The notes under the pieces: generated by a model | The model's input: only the letters and a program-made list of their open reading frames with translations | The model's database searches: none | Told to the model about the DNA's origin: nothing | DNA from: Moniliella sp. 'wahieum' | Lineage: Eukaryota | Direction of reading: 5' to 3' | Length of the DNA: 64,000 bases | Assembly: GCA_003971905.1 (NCBI GenBank) | Contig: RSEE01000001.1 | Coordinates: 744,001-808,000 of the forward strand | Part shown: in pieces, positions 51,613-64,000 of the stretch | How the letters are laid out: each line of letters begins with the position of its first letter | How positions within the stretch are numbered: the stretch's first letter is position 1 | Made by a program: the position numbers and the translations under genes

Positions 51613-54600
51613 AACCTCTTCATTTCTTTTGCATCATCTGTCAAGGTACTCGTGGAAGACCTTCAGTTCCTCTCACGTCTTCTTCCTCTTTCACTGTCGA
51701 ACGTTGCTGAAGTCTACGAGCTGTTCCCCTCGGGTACGCCGCCTTCTTTTCTCATGTCCTTTCACGCCAGTGTCTTTTGTCCGGACCTCCTTTGCACGTC
51801 TCCCTTGTTCTCCCCTCCGGTTGTGAATCGCTTTGGGCCATTGGCTCGTTTCTTTCTGTCCCACGGGGTCGTTGTGCCTCTAGTCTTTGTCCTCTCTTGA
51901 TCTTCATCACGCTCTGCCATCAGTTGTTGCAGGCAACACGGCCGAGTACGACCGCATTAACCCCTCCCCCCTCTCTCACCTTTGCCCCATCTCCCTTTTG
52001 TTCGTTGTCTAGCTCTTGTTTCATCTCAGTATTGCATGTCTTCGCCCTGTCTCCGCCCATGAACTTCATGCAGTTGCGCCCCGTTGGCTAGCTCGAGCCG
52101 GAGACGGCTGCCCCTGGTGAATGACAGTTGAACGTTGATGATTGACGCGGTTGACGTGGACCGGTTATGGTGAAGGGGATGGACGGTGAGCCTACGTTGA
52201 ACGTGTTCCGTACGCTGAATGCAAAATGAACTGCTTTGAATATCTCTCTACTGTAACCAGATCGTCGACAGAGCTTTAAGGCCCGTTGGGACGAAGAAAC
52301 GCTGCGCCTACTAAACCGACATGCCCATCCGGCGTGTGTTGCTTGGTAGCGCCAAACACTCACGTTTAGGGAACCAGGGGAATCGCCACTAGGTCAGGAC
52401 CTTCTGGGGCCCGCCATCCGGTCTCATATCCGAGGTAGCGCGTGTGGATACGAATGAACGTGGTACACATCCGAGCGGGGAACCACCTCCATCGAGACTC
52501 AGTTGTAGGTAATTGGGGTCGATGGTGGACACATGGGATACGGTGGAGGAGGTGCATTGCCCAGAGGTGTCGACATCACATCTGACATGCGACATGTGAT
52601 ACGGCATGCATGTGACATGGGGCATGTGATGCGATATGTGATGTGACATGTGACGCATCCCCATGGGGAAAAGGAGACCTGCTCGCTTGGGCCGTCATGC
52701 CCAACACTGGCGCCATTGCCCACCACCATCCCCGCCACGCGGAACGACTTGGGGATGGAATGTGCGACCGGTGCGGATGGGAAGCCACGCGACGCTTTCT
52801 TGGCCGGACCCTGCATGGCCGCCTCCATCTGCCTCGCCGATTCTCCTGGGTTAGAGGCAACGGTGGATGAAAGCCCCAGCTCGGTTGCCGGCGAGCCACC
52901 AAGACCCCTTTCATGGTATACCACAAGGCCCAAGTCCACATGTCCACAGGTCCACATGTCCACTTTTCCAACCCAGGTTACCAAAAGGTACGGCGAACCG
53001 CACAGGCCAAACCCTTCTGGTTGGCGATTGTAACGTGCTAAACCAAAAGGCTATGTGTGTCTGATCGAGAAAACGTGTTTGATTCTGTAAGCGCAGACCG
53101 GAAGAACATCGATCAGCCGGAAACGGAGGAGAATGGAGGTTTTCTCTCCATCGTCAGAGAAACGGGGGAGAGGATCAGAGTACTTATGATGGTGGCGAGG
53201 AGCCCACACATGCAAAAGCCGTCAATCATCAAGGGAGACATTGTCCCCGCAGCGGAGCCTGAAAAGGGAGCGCCCGGCCTCTGGCCATCAGCCTTGGGTG
53301 CCCGGCGGGAGGCACGCTCCCGGCGTTTCTTGGGATGGGAAACTATGTGATACGAGCACGCCACGAGAGGGACCCGGCCGACCCGGTGTCGATCTAATTT
53401 GGGGATGGTAGAGGGGGTGAGGTGGCACGGACCACTTCGGTGCGGACGATCTGTTGGGGACGAGGCAAGGTGCCACTGCTAGCCGCTTCAGTGCTGGCGA
53501 TCAGAAGAGGGGTGACCGGAACTAGTCGAGGCGAGTCGGCCGATTCAGTCTCGGTTGAAGGAGGGGGCATGGTGGAACTGGGATCGACCTCAGTGCTGGC
53601 GGTCTGTGCGACGGGGGGGAGAAGAACGTCAGTGTCGGCGAAAAAAAAAAGTGCAGGTACTGTGGCGCGTACATGTTCGTCGAAGAATGTGTGCGCTGTT
53701 CAAAGTCCAACCCATGCTTTTCCTTATGTTGCGGTCAAGGTGTGTTTCATCTCTCCTCTCCTCCTGTATTGTTCCACTGATGTAACCCTTCCATTCAGAC
53801 CAGGTACCCAAAACCCAAAGGTTAGGCCATGCCCTGAGTTGTACAAGCTTTTTGCGGAACAGTGCACGAGCGAACTGCAACACCTTTGGAACGCCGGGAG
53901 AAGGAACTGCTTTGACTGTTGGAACAAAGAGAATGTGCCAAAAATGTCAAGTACCACGGGCACACCGAAGAACGCTTTTTCTCTCTGGTTATGACGACAC
54001 GAGGATACTATGCCACCAAGACGACGAACACGATGTTGGCCTCTCCTCGTCCCTAGATCCGCTCGGATCCACCACCTGGCCCAAGTCCGAAACTAATATC
54101 ACAGCTCCCGCTAAAACCTTCCTCCGACATCTGTATAGTTTCTTTTTCTTCGCAGTCGTTGCCACTCCTTTCCTCCCCCTCTTTCTCTCTCCACTCCATT
54201 CTCATCCTCTTCTCTCTCCGTTATCTGCTCTTTTCCTTGCCATGATTTCATCAATCCACTCGATCTCCTGTGGACCATTTTCTGACTCTTGACTGTGCGC
54301 TGCTCCGCTTGGGGGCATCATATCAAGAGCTGGTCGTATCTTTGGTGGCGGTGGACATGTATAGTACCATGGCCAACACGACGGACACACTCGGTTAACA
54401 CACTTGACATTCCAGCTCACGGGCTACTTATATAGCATGATCTGACGCTACAGTGATAGAATGAGTTGGGGTTGCCTTCCTTTCTCACTCTGATGATTTG
54501 CCGCCATTTCGTCGTCGCTATGAGGCCTCATAACTTGATGCTCTCTACGGTGGCCAGGCTGGTTTGGTTGATTATCTCGCTATCCGGGAACAGGGACCGG

Positions 54601-54977
54601 GAGCCATTTCGGGACCGCATATGGCAATGGGACAAAATGCAGCGGATCTTGTGATGCTGCATTCAGCCCCTCGCGCTCCGCCTCCTCTTTCTGTTCTTGT
54701 AGGATGGTGCTTGCAAGCAAGTGGGGAATTGGTGGGGGCCCAGGCGCAGAGTCGATCAGAGACACCCGCTCAAAAATCCAAGCACGGGGGCTGTGTCCAA
54801 ACAAGAGTGGCGCTGCTCGCGCGTCTGGCCATTTCTCCTGGATCCTTTTCATTACTGCGCCCGGCGTTGTCCTGCCCAGAATCCTTTCCTTCCACCACCA
54901 CCGCCTCTTCCTCCTCCTCCTCCTCCTTTTTCAACCGTTCCCCCTTCCTGGACCTTGCACACGACCCCAGCAGCACC

Positions 54978-56503
54978 ATGGATGAGCATTACGGTGCGTG
55001 GATTTCCGCCTGCTGCCTCTGCCCCTGAGGGTCCCACGCACAACACTGACCATGATGCATAACGGCCCACACGCACGTCATTTGTTTTTTCAGACGCCAT
55101 TATTCTCGGTACTGGTGTTACCGAGTGTGTCCTCTCGGCCCTACTGGCAGTTGAGGGAAAGAAGGTACTGCACATGGATCGCAACGAGTACTACGGTGGC
55201 GAAATGGCCTCCCTCACCTTGCCCCAACTCTTTGCTAAATTTCGCCCCGACGGCGAGGTGCCTGCCGACCTTGGCCGTGGCCGTGACTGGGCGATTGACT
55301 TGATCCCCAAGTTCATCCTTAGCAGTGGAGAGTTGACCAACATGCTTGTCCACACTGATGTGACTCGTTACCTTGAGTTCAAGCAGATCTCGGCCTCTTA
55401 CGTCTACCGCGATGGTAAGATCGCCAAAGTGCCCGCGACTGAGTTGGAAGCGGTCAAGTCGCCGCTGATGGGCGCTCTGGAGAAGAACCGTGCCCGAAAC
55501 TTTTTCCTTTTTGTTCAGGGTTGGCGCGATGATGACCCGGCCACCCCCAAGGTGAGTAACTTCCACCCTCTCAACCCTTCGCCTATGACTGACCCTTTCC
55601 TTCACGGGTGCACTTGTATGCAGGGTTCGACATTGATTCGGGAACGATGGAGGAACTCTACACCAAATTCGGGTTGGAGAAGGGAACTCAAGACTTTATC
55701 GGTCACGCTATGGCACTTCACCTTGACGACTCGTATCTTCATCGTCCCGCGCGGGAGACGTATGACCGGATTATTCTCTACACTACTTCGATCGCGCGTT
55801 ACGGCAAGTCGCCTTACATTTACCCCCCTACGGCTTGGGCGAGCTGCCACAGGGATTTGCTCGTCTGTCGGCCATCTACGGTGGCACATACATGCTGGCC
55901 AAACCCATCGACGAGGTTGTAGTGGACGATGAAGGAAAGTTCAAGGGTGTCACGAGCGAAGGCGAGACCGTCACGGCCGACTTGGTGATCGGTGACCCTT
56001 CCTACTTCCGCGGTCAGATTGGGGGCAAAGACAAAGTCAAGGTCACGGGTAAGGTGGTGCGAGCCATTTGCTTGCTTAAGCATCCGATCCCCAACACGGG
56101 CGATGCCGACTCGGTTCAGCTCATCCTGCCGCAGAATGAATTGGGCCGTCAAAACGACATTTACGTGACCGTGGTCAGCAAAAACCACAATGTGACCCCT
56201 GAGGGCCTCTACGTCGCTTCGGTTACCACCATTGTTGAGACGGACAGCCCTGAGGAGGAGCTCAAGCCAGGACTGGACTTGCTTGGCCCCATCTTTGACA
56301 AGTTTGTTACTGTGGCGGCGCAAGAGGAACCTGTCGAGTCGGGTGCTGAAGATAACATTTTCATCACTCGCTCCTACGACGCCACGTCTCACTTCGAGAC
56401 GGTTGCAGGTGACATTCAAGATGTATGGGCACGGGCGACCAAAGGCCAGCCTTTGGTCCTCAAGCGCCCCGAGAATGGCGGCGGGGCGCAGGTGCAGGAT
56501 TAA
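54978..56503 (+). CDS. GDI1: Rab GDP-dissociation inhibitor; introns ~54994-55093 and 55552-55623
   Basis: MDEHYD.IILGTG.TECVLS..L...GKKVLHMDRN.YYGGE, RDWAIDLIPKF, GKSPYIYP, GELPQGFARLSAIYGGTYML, SYDATSHFET. Confidence 0.97.
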
Positions 56504-56647
56504 AACATAAGGCAAGTCCAAACCACCAATACAGAGAGTTCAATCAAGGCCAAGTGCCTATAAGGATGTCCCCATTTTCCCATTAAGGATGAAATATGCG
56601 TCAAGTATACAGGACAGAGATGCATAGCACACATACCGTTCGCTCAA

Positions 56648-58496
56648 TTAAGCCCCCAATGCGAGGGCTGAGCTCAAGGATGAACCCACCAAGATCATCT
56701 CCAGGGCTCCCTTGACCTGGATGATTCTTTGTTGTGAATCGAGATCGGAATCAATCTTGTTCCAAATTCGTCCAAATGTCTCGTCCACTAAGGGCGACTG
56801 ACCCAGCATGCCCGAATACACATCAATGATCACATCCAGGGTATCAGCGACAATGTCAATGTAGGCAGGCTCAACAGCATGACGCAACAAGAAACGTAGC
56901 AACGGTTCTAGTCCCACATCATCGCGGTCCATCACAGCGATTCTGAGGGCTTCCGAGCTGCCCGTTTGAACCGTTGATACTGGACTGCGATGAATGAGCT
57001 CAAGAAGAAGAGCAAATGTCACTTCGGGTGCAACTCCTTTGCGCAGCACGGCATCCAAAGCGCCATGGTAGTTGAACGATTTGAGATACTTGTCGTATGG
57101 TTTGAGACGAGCCGAGCGAGGTCGATCGGCCCGCAAGTCATCTTGACCGCTCACGCCCGCCGTCCTGTACAGACGCCTCTCCCACCAACGCACTGCTTCG
57201 GGCCAGCTGGTTGTCCAAGCCACGGCCCAACAAAGCCGTTCTCCTATCTTGGCGTCGGGCCACCTCCGAGGCCTTGAGGTCCCGCTTTCGGATGCACATC
57301 GTCCCATCCGACATGCCCACAAGTTGGCTCTCATCTGGTGCGAGAGCCATGCAGAGAATAGGGGCAGGGTAGCGCATTGTGTGGGTAACGCGGAAATCTT
57401 GGGCAGGATCATACACCTTGACCAACTGGTCGAGCCCGCCCGTCAAGATCCGTAAGCTCTGCGATCCTTCGTCCGACGAGCCTGCCACATCACTGTCCAT
57501 GGTGATGGCCAAGCTGGTGATCGCTTTTTGGTGATTTGACACAGCCTTGAGACTGCGCCCTCCCATCATTAGATCCCATGCCCGCAGCACGGGACCGCCA
57601 ACACTGAGCGCCACGCCGCCGCCAGCAGTTGGATAGATAGTAACATCATTGACCGGGGAACGATGCTCCATCCGCATCACCTCTCCCCCGTTCTCCTCGA
57701 CGCGCGAATCCCATAGCCTCACCGTTCCATCGTAAGATCCACTGAGCACGAGAGAGGGGTTGTCGGGGCTCACGGTTGCAGCACGCACATAATCCGTGTG
57801 CCGATCAAAGATGCGAACTGCGCTCTGGTCAGGCATGTCCCATAACCGCACCGTCTGGTCATCCGAAGCAGAAAGGACTTGAGTGGGAGCGGAAGAGAAC
57901 TTCGTCACATGAACAGGACTAGAAAGGAACCGGGGTCAGCGTACGCTCCACCATCCAAAGATGGAAAAGAAGGGATGGAACATCGGACGTACTGCTTGTG
58001 GCCGCGGAAAGTCCGCAGGATGGCGCGAGAGTTGACGTCAAATACCTGAATCAGGCCCGAATCATCACCGGCAACCATGAGACGGCCATCAGAACGAATG
58101 TGGCCCGAACGAGCGACATCGGTAAAGCGCGAGACGGTCTTGACAACTTTGTCGGTGCGAGTCGAGAAAGCTGGACGCGGGGCCGGCGGTGACGGCGTAG
58201 CGTTGGATGGCCTGAGAGGGCAGGGCCCCGCTCTGGGCACCTGGAACGGAAGCAAACAGAGGGTTGGCTACCGCTCGCTCGCCAGCCAGAGCCTCGGGAC
58301 CAGTGGAAGCGAGGGGGGAGGCGGGCACATAGTGGATGGAGGTGATGGGCGCATGCTCCTTCAGAAAGACGGGGGCACGGAAGCGACGCCAGTAGGCCGT
58401 CTCACTGGAGATCGAGCTGGCAACTGCCTTGGATGCCTGCTGGGCGGTGATCGCCTTGGCTTGGACGTTGGCAATGTCGAGCTTGGCAAAGTCCAT
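56648..58496 (-). CDS. UTP15: U3 snoRNP / SSU processome WD40 protein Utp15; intron 57919-57992
   Basis: YWRRF, SRFTDVARSGHIRSDGRLMVAGDDSGLIQVFD, LSASDD.TVRLWD, HTDYVR, SNHQKAITSL, C-terminal LK.YDKYLKSF.Y..ALD..L. Confidence 0.92.
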
Positions 58497-58796
58497 CGCG
58501 CCCACGAGCCGGTTGGTAGTCTGCGGGGACGTCGAGGCGACGGGCAGGCAAGTCGATAAGCAAGTACTTGGGGCTGGTCCTGGCAAGAAAAAAAAGCGGC
58601 GCGGAAAGGGGGAACCAGGCATGCGATCCAGCATGCCACGACCGAGCAGCGGTGGGTCCAGGGTCACCGATGAGGCCCCCTCAGCGGTCAGTCAGGTGGC
58701 CGCTCAGGCCCAGGGCAGCAGCCGAGGGGCCTGCCTTCTGCTTCCTTCAGTGTGCCACCCGCCGCCCCATCGACCATCGCCACCCCCCTTCTTGCC

Positions 58797-59554
58797 ATGG
58801 CCCACGTGTATACCCCTGGCCAGGTCTCTCCGTGTATGTCCGCCTCCTCCCCATGTGCCTCTCTCGCCGCTGCCGCTGACACCTCCGCTCCTTCTCGCCC
58901 AGACGCGATTCGCGTCCAATGTGACGATGGACGTTACTACGACAGCTAGCCAAGACGTCGACACTCTATATCGGCAATCTCTCGTTCTACACGACGGAGG
59001 AGCAGATTTACCAGCTATTTAACCAGTGCTCTGTGCCCGGATTTGGGATCAAGCGTGTGATCATGGGCCTCGACCGCAACACCAAAAACGCTTGTGGCTT
59101 TTTTTGTTACTACAAGCACTCCGAGGCGTCGCATGCATGCGCTACATTAGCGGCACCAAACTCGACGAACGCTTCATTCGCTGCGACCTGGATCCTGGGT
59201 ACCGGGATGGGCGCCAGTATGGGCGCGGCCGCAGCGGGGGCCAAGTCCGCGATGAGTACCGTCAAGAGTACGACGCCGGTCGTGGCGGTTGGGGGCATGC
59301 GCGGATCCAAGAGGACGAGGATCGGAGACGGCGTGAAGAGCAGATCCGCGCCGTGTATGCGCTTCCACAATCGAGGGAGTGCCCCATGCCGAAGGGGACC
59401 AGCAACGGATCATTCCATCCGGTGCCGAGGGGGAGTATTATGAGACTATGCCCAGGCCCGTGGTCACGTTCCTGACTCGCACCTCAAGCGTGCTCGTAGT
59501 GATGAGGTGGACGAGGACGATGGTCGCAAAAATCCCAGAATGGAGGATGAGTAA
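58797..59554 (+). CDS. CBC2: Nuclear cap-binding protein subunit 2 (CBP20); divergent from UTP15
   Basis: [79 protein letters not shown]. Confidence 0.93.
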
Positions 59555-60050
59555 GGTGCGTTTCAGGTGGAATTGATTGAACCGTACAAATCATGATCCA
59601 AATGGGGGAAGTGGTATATACCGTAGGGAGCGACACAGAAACAACCTTCTGCGCTGTGTCCGCTTCACGTCTACTTTCCAAGCCTCCATCCCACCCCCTC
59701 CCCAGGTTCACTATGCTGTTTTGCGCCCTTGTAGGGCGTGGACTCTTATTTCAAAAGTTGGATGTAATAACCGCAAGGGTTTGAAGGATGTGCAATTGCT
59801 GAACATGCAATGCCTGCTCTGGCGAGCCGGTGACTTCTGTGATCAATCAGGCGATGGAAGATTGATTGATCCCCGTGGGTTGATGCAGTTGATGAGGGTC
59901 TCAGGACAAAAGCCAGGTCAATCAATTCATTGGTTGTTGTCGAGAAGAAGCCATGATCATTTGGGGTGATGAGTAAGAGGTGAGAGAGGTGATATGTGGT
60001 GCCGTGCGGCAAAAGGCGAAAAGAGTTAACCATCTGACATGGCCAATCGA

Positions 60051-63000
60051 TCAAGCGTCAACAGCATCAGGGTGAAGACCCTCAGTAACATCTTGATCAA
60101 ACAGCATCTGACTCGTTCTCAAGCAAACCTGTACTTCCTCCGCCATGGGAACAACCATGTCGTAGTGTTGGGCAAGCCGTACAAGCGTGTCATGGGCCAT
60201 GCGAACCTTGTCCCAAATGTCGACAAGCACCAACAAGCGGTCTTGCCCTGAAGGGTTTGCCAGCATCTGGTTGTGCGTGGGTTGCAGTGCAGCTGACGCC
60301 TGGGCCGATTGGAGCAGTTGTGCGATTCGTCCGAGTTGGAATTCGCCATGAGGTCGGCAATCAAATCGTTGCTTACGCTCATTACTTGCATCAGCAAGGT
60401 GTACGAGATGAGCAAGCACTGCAACGGGAACGGGTTGGCCCTCAATTCGTCGTGTCCCATAATCTCCAGTAAACGCTTGGATGCGTACACACACCGATCC
60501 AGTGAGTATCGCGCATCAAATACGCCTGGCGAAGCGCGCTGCTTCATATCCGCCTGCAACCGTATTGTCCGATCCGGACGGTGGGGCGGAGGAGCCGGGC
60601 GCCTGCAACTGCCCTGTCCTCTGGTCCAACGTAGGCAAACCAGCCATATGAAGCAACCATTCGCCGGCGGAGGTAGTCGGGGTAGTAAAGTCTTGAGCAA
60701 GGTCCATATTGCTCGTGAGCCAGTCAGTATTGTCCCCGCCCGTCGGTAGGTTCGAAGCATGACGCGACTGGTCTGAAGATGGCGGAGTAGGCGTCCGGAA
60801 TCGGTACAGGCGAAATCGGATTCCCCCCTGTGGAGCGGGAACGGACAATGCCAGAGTGGGGAGTGCCCGCCGTCAAGCTGGTGGCACTAGGCGACTTTGG
60901 AGTCTCGTCATTGACACAGCTGAGGAAGCACAACTTGCGTTCAAACAAAGAGGCTCCATGGAACGCTGAATACAGGTGAAGTGTAAGCCAGGCAGTGTAC
61001 AACTGAAGTCCACTCCCGAGTCGTTGGTAGGCCACCAATCCCGCCTCAACCTGCGACAGGTCTTTGGGCTTGTGTGGCCAATCGGGCTGGAGCCAAGGGA
61101 GGGTTGCTGTTCCAGCTGCTCAATTTGGCTAGACAAAGCCTTGTCAATCGCACCATATTTTCAATTATCTGGCGGCGCGACGAGGCGGAGGTAGTAGAGG
61201 TGCGTAGGGCCAGACTTGTATTTCGCCCAGGCGCTCCAACTTGATCCTCCTCTGAGAGGGCATCAAAGACGGGATTGGGCCAGGCCCACAATGCGTGAGG
61301 CCTCAGCGAGGGAGGTGGCCCCCAGGCGAACCCAAGGACCAGGACGGCGTAAGCGCCTCAGGGGTGGCTAGCGTCGTCCATATCAGTTGATTGGGACAAG
61401 GCCAAAACTCGGTCTGCACCAGCAACATGTTTGGAGCGTCAATATGCTATCCACCCAAGTGTTGGGGTGACTTGAACCCGACGGGAGGGCCGAGGTGACA
61501 CGGGGGTCATCAGCGCGGATGGTCAACAGCTTTCCTGTGTTATACGAGGCGTACATCAGGAGCGACCAGGTGACCCACCAGATGCGCTTGGACTCTCAAA
61601 CAGACACTCGGACGAAAAGTGCTCTGTGATGTTTGTCCCCGTGGACGAAGCAGCGCGGGCACCCACCAGGCTCTCAAACGCGCTTGGGAGGAGAGGCGGT
61701 GGAGGCCATGGGACATGGCCAACCCTAAGGCCTGGTCCGCCTTGAGCCGAGCCTTCACCGCTCGCCCCGAACCATACTCATAAATGGCCAGCACAGCGAG
61801 AGCCTGCAACACTTCGAGCAGAGCCCCAATCTGCCTTCTCTTCGATCGCCTCGAGCACTTCGTCAATCGCATCTCCGGCCTGTCGGGCATAGTATGCTGC
61901 CGTTTGGCGCCGCAGTTGACGTGCCGGTGAATTGAATGCCTCGGGCCCTTCAGTCGGCTCAAGTTCCACCTTCTCGTCCATCAGAGGAAGGATGCACTCG
62001 AGCGACAACAAAAATGCCGAACGGTGGGATCCAAATAGGTGTACAAACGTTTCAAGATACTCGGGGGGAGTAAACGGGGATGAAAGCATATAGCTTGAGG
62101 TAGAAGTCGACCAACAACTGCCGCGCCCGTGTCTGAGGGTCGGGCACACTGGCACCCACAGGGAGCTTTGAGTATCCACTCCGGGTAGAAAATTAGGAAG
62201 GGACCCAGACGCCAGAGGAATTGGCTGTCATTGGAGGCACAACGGTGCGGTGGTGCCGAGTTGAGTGGGTCCGAAAAGGGTATATCGTGTTTGATCTGGT
62301 CGGTCAGCTGGGACACAGCCTCAGCTGAAAAGCCCCCGCATTCGTGGAGGTGGTAGGCTCGACTGTCCCGCTGCCAAAAGGGCACCATTCAGCACTGGCG
62401 GCTGGGTGGTCCCTCCCATGAGCCAGGAGAGGAATTGCTGTTGCTGCTGTGCTCCGCAGCTGGCTGAGGGGCAACGTTTGTAGTCGTGTCAAAGGTGGGC
62501 TGTGCCTGATCTCCATTCATGTTCAAACGATCCAATGCAATCGAAAGGAGTGGGTTGAAGCTGGATGGGTTGGAGCCAGGCTGGGGGGAGGTCGTGTCAG
62601 GGGGTTGGACGCGGAGATAGCAGGAGAAGGGTTGAGCTCAGCAGCGGAGGCGGAGGAATCCAATGCGTTTCCCTGGCTCCGGGTACCCTCCTGGGCCGGA
62701 AGGCCTCCTGGAGGGCATTGATATCGTAGGATTGAAGGCTCAGGTCGACGGGCTGCTGGAACGAGCGCAGTTGGGGAACGAGCCCAGGGACACGGACATT
62801 GTGCGGCAAGTTGGACAGGCTGAGCAGCTCATTGAGATGGGACTGGACGGGGCGGGATCAAAGTGCTTGCGCTTAGCACCGCGGCGAGAGGCCGTGTAGA
62901 TGCACTCTTGGTCTTGCTTATGCACGTCTTGCACGGCTGCTTGCCGTCGCACTTGGACTTGCGCGCACGGCAGAAGAGGCAGGCGGCTTTGACGGGGGGG

Positions 63001-63140
63001 GCCGGGCGGGCGGCGGGCGGAGACGCGCTGGCACCGGAGCTGGCAGACTGCTTTTCTTCGCCTTCGAGTTTGATGCGCTTGGCAGCGGGGTTCGCTGGGC
63101 GCGGGCTGGATGCCGGCGGGAAGGAGGGGGGTGATGGCAT
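60051..63140 (-). CDS. Zn(II)2Cys6 transcription factor with a fungal-TF middle homology region; frameshifted
   Basis: ACLFCRARKSKCDGKQPCKTCISKDQECIYTASRRG; LQALAVLAIYEYG....KAR....AL.LAM..GLH; ANPF..C. Confidence 0.85.
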
Positions 63141-64000
63141 GGTGATGGTGGTAGGAGCTTCGGGAGTGACTTGGTGCGGTGATGGATGGCCCAACCTGCC
63201 CAGCCCAGGGAGACAAACGTCAAGGAGCCAAGACCGGGCACAAAACTGAACGTTCAGTTCAGGTGAACGGTGAGCCGAGCGCTGACTGCTGACTGTCCGC
63301 CTCCTGCGCGGCGGAATAGGCGCTCGTCCAGTCGGGCGGAATGAGTCGGGCGAACGCCCGTGCGTATAGCTTGGGCAGCCCTGCCCCACCCCAACGCAGA
63401 AACACCAACACCTCGACGCCGGCGATGCCGCTGCACGTCTGTGCGGGAGGCCTATCACCTGTACTCATGTCCAGCTACACGGCTCACTACTTGTATCTGG
63501 GAACAGTCGGGCATCCCCACTCAATACAAGATACAGATTACTCGTCCTTTTGAGCCGTCTACGCGAATCTTTCAGCGGCACTGGGCAACGCTCGAGATGC
63601 GGTATGGATTGGTCCATGGATTTATCTCCTGGGTCAGCGAGGAATGGAACAAGAGCTCGACGTCCTATCTCGAGCACGTGAAGGCGAAAACCAAGGAGGA
63701 GATCGAGGAGGCTGCTATCTTGGTAGCCGAGTCAAGCCAAGCGGGAGGGGGTAGAGCTAGCACATGCCCACCTATTTGCACGCCCAGAACTTACTCAGTT
63801 CGACTTTCATTCACTCTCGCGCCAGCTGGGCGGGATTGAGCAGATATGCGCAAAGAAGTGGGGCGCAATGCGATTGTGATGAGAAAACCCCAACAGTCTG
63901 CCTTTCAATCCTGGACGACGATGGCCACAACCGCGTGCACCAACAAAAGGCGTGGTACGCACCAACTGTCTCGATGGCCCGACCGCACCAAGGTGGTTCA

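Noticed and set aside
54430..54560. Possible C/D snoRNA upstream of GDI1 (TGATGA and CTGA motifs)
   Set aside because: Box order and terminal stem are not convincing; no guide sequence is recognisable.
63550..63840. Coding-like fragment (HGFISWVSEEWNK..KEEIEEAA)
   Set aside because: No recognisable family or gene structure; near the window edge.

Overview
Eukaryotic DNA from a GC-rich basidiomycete yeast. Spliceosomal introns have GTRHGT...CTRAC...YAG signals and the proteins resemble Ustilaginomycotina proteins. The aldo-keto reductase at 26055-27127 closely resembles, from memory, Moniliella erythrose reductase ER3, so Moniliella is the likely genus (inference). Many genes carry frameshifts, often at homopolymers, consistent with an unpolished long-read assembly, so CDS boundaries are approximate. 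Recognisable genes: metacaspase, two Zn2Cys6 factors, 2-methylcitrate dehydratase, CDC45, NDUFA12, histone H3, an FMP42-like MFS transporter, a TMEM135-like protein, erythrose reductase, a secreted heparinase II/III-like lyase, Mif2/CENP-C, SIP5, a CBM21 PP1-targeting subunit, GDI1, UTP15 and CBC2, plus intron-containing tRNA-Val(AAC) and tRNA-Ile(AAT). Most notable: (1) a system of intergenic 7-bp-period arrays built from a palindromic hexamer plus one base, in at least five motif families, often sitting at the edges of decayed DNA; (2) an internally deleted Ty3/gypsy element with a perfect 16-nt self-priming (Tf1-type) primer-binding site and an in-frame gag-integrase fusion; (3) a histone H3 with A75S/F78W next to K79; (4) pseudogenes of housekeeping genes (LysRS, HIS3), suggesting a duplicated or hybrid genome that is losing redundant copies.
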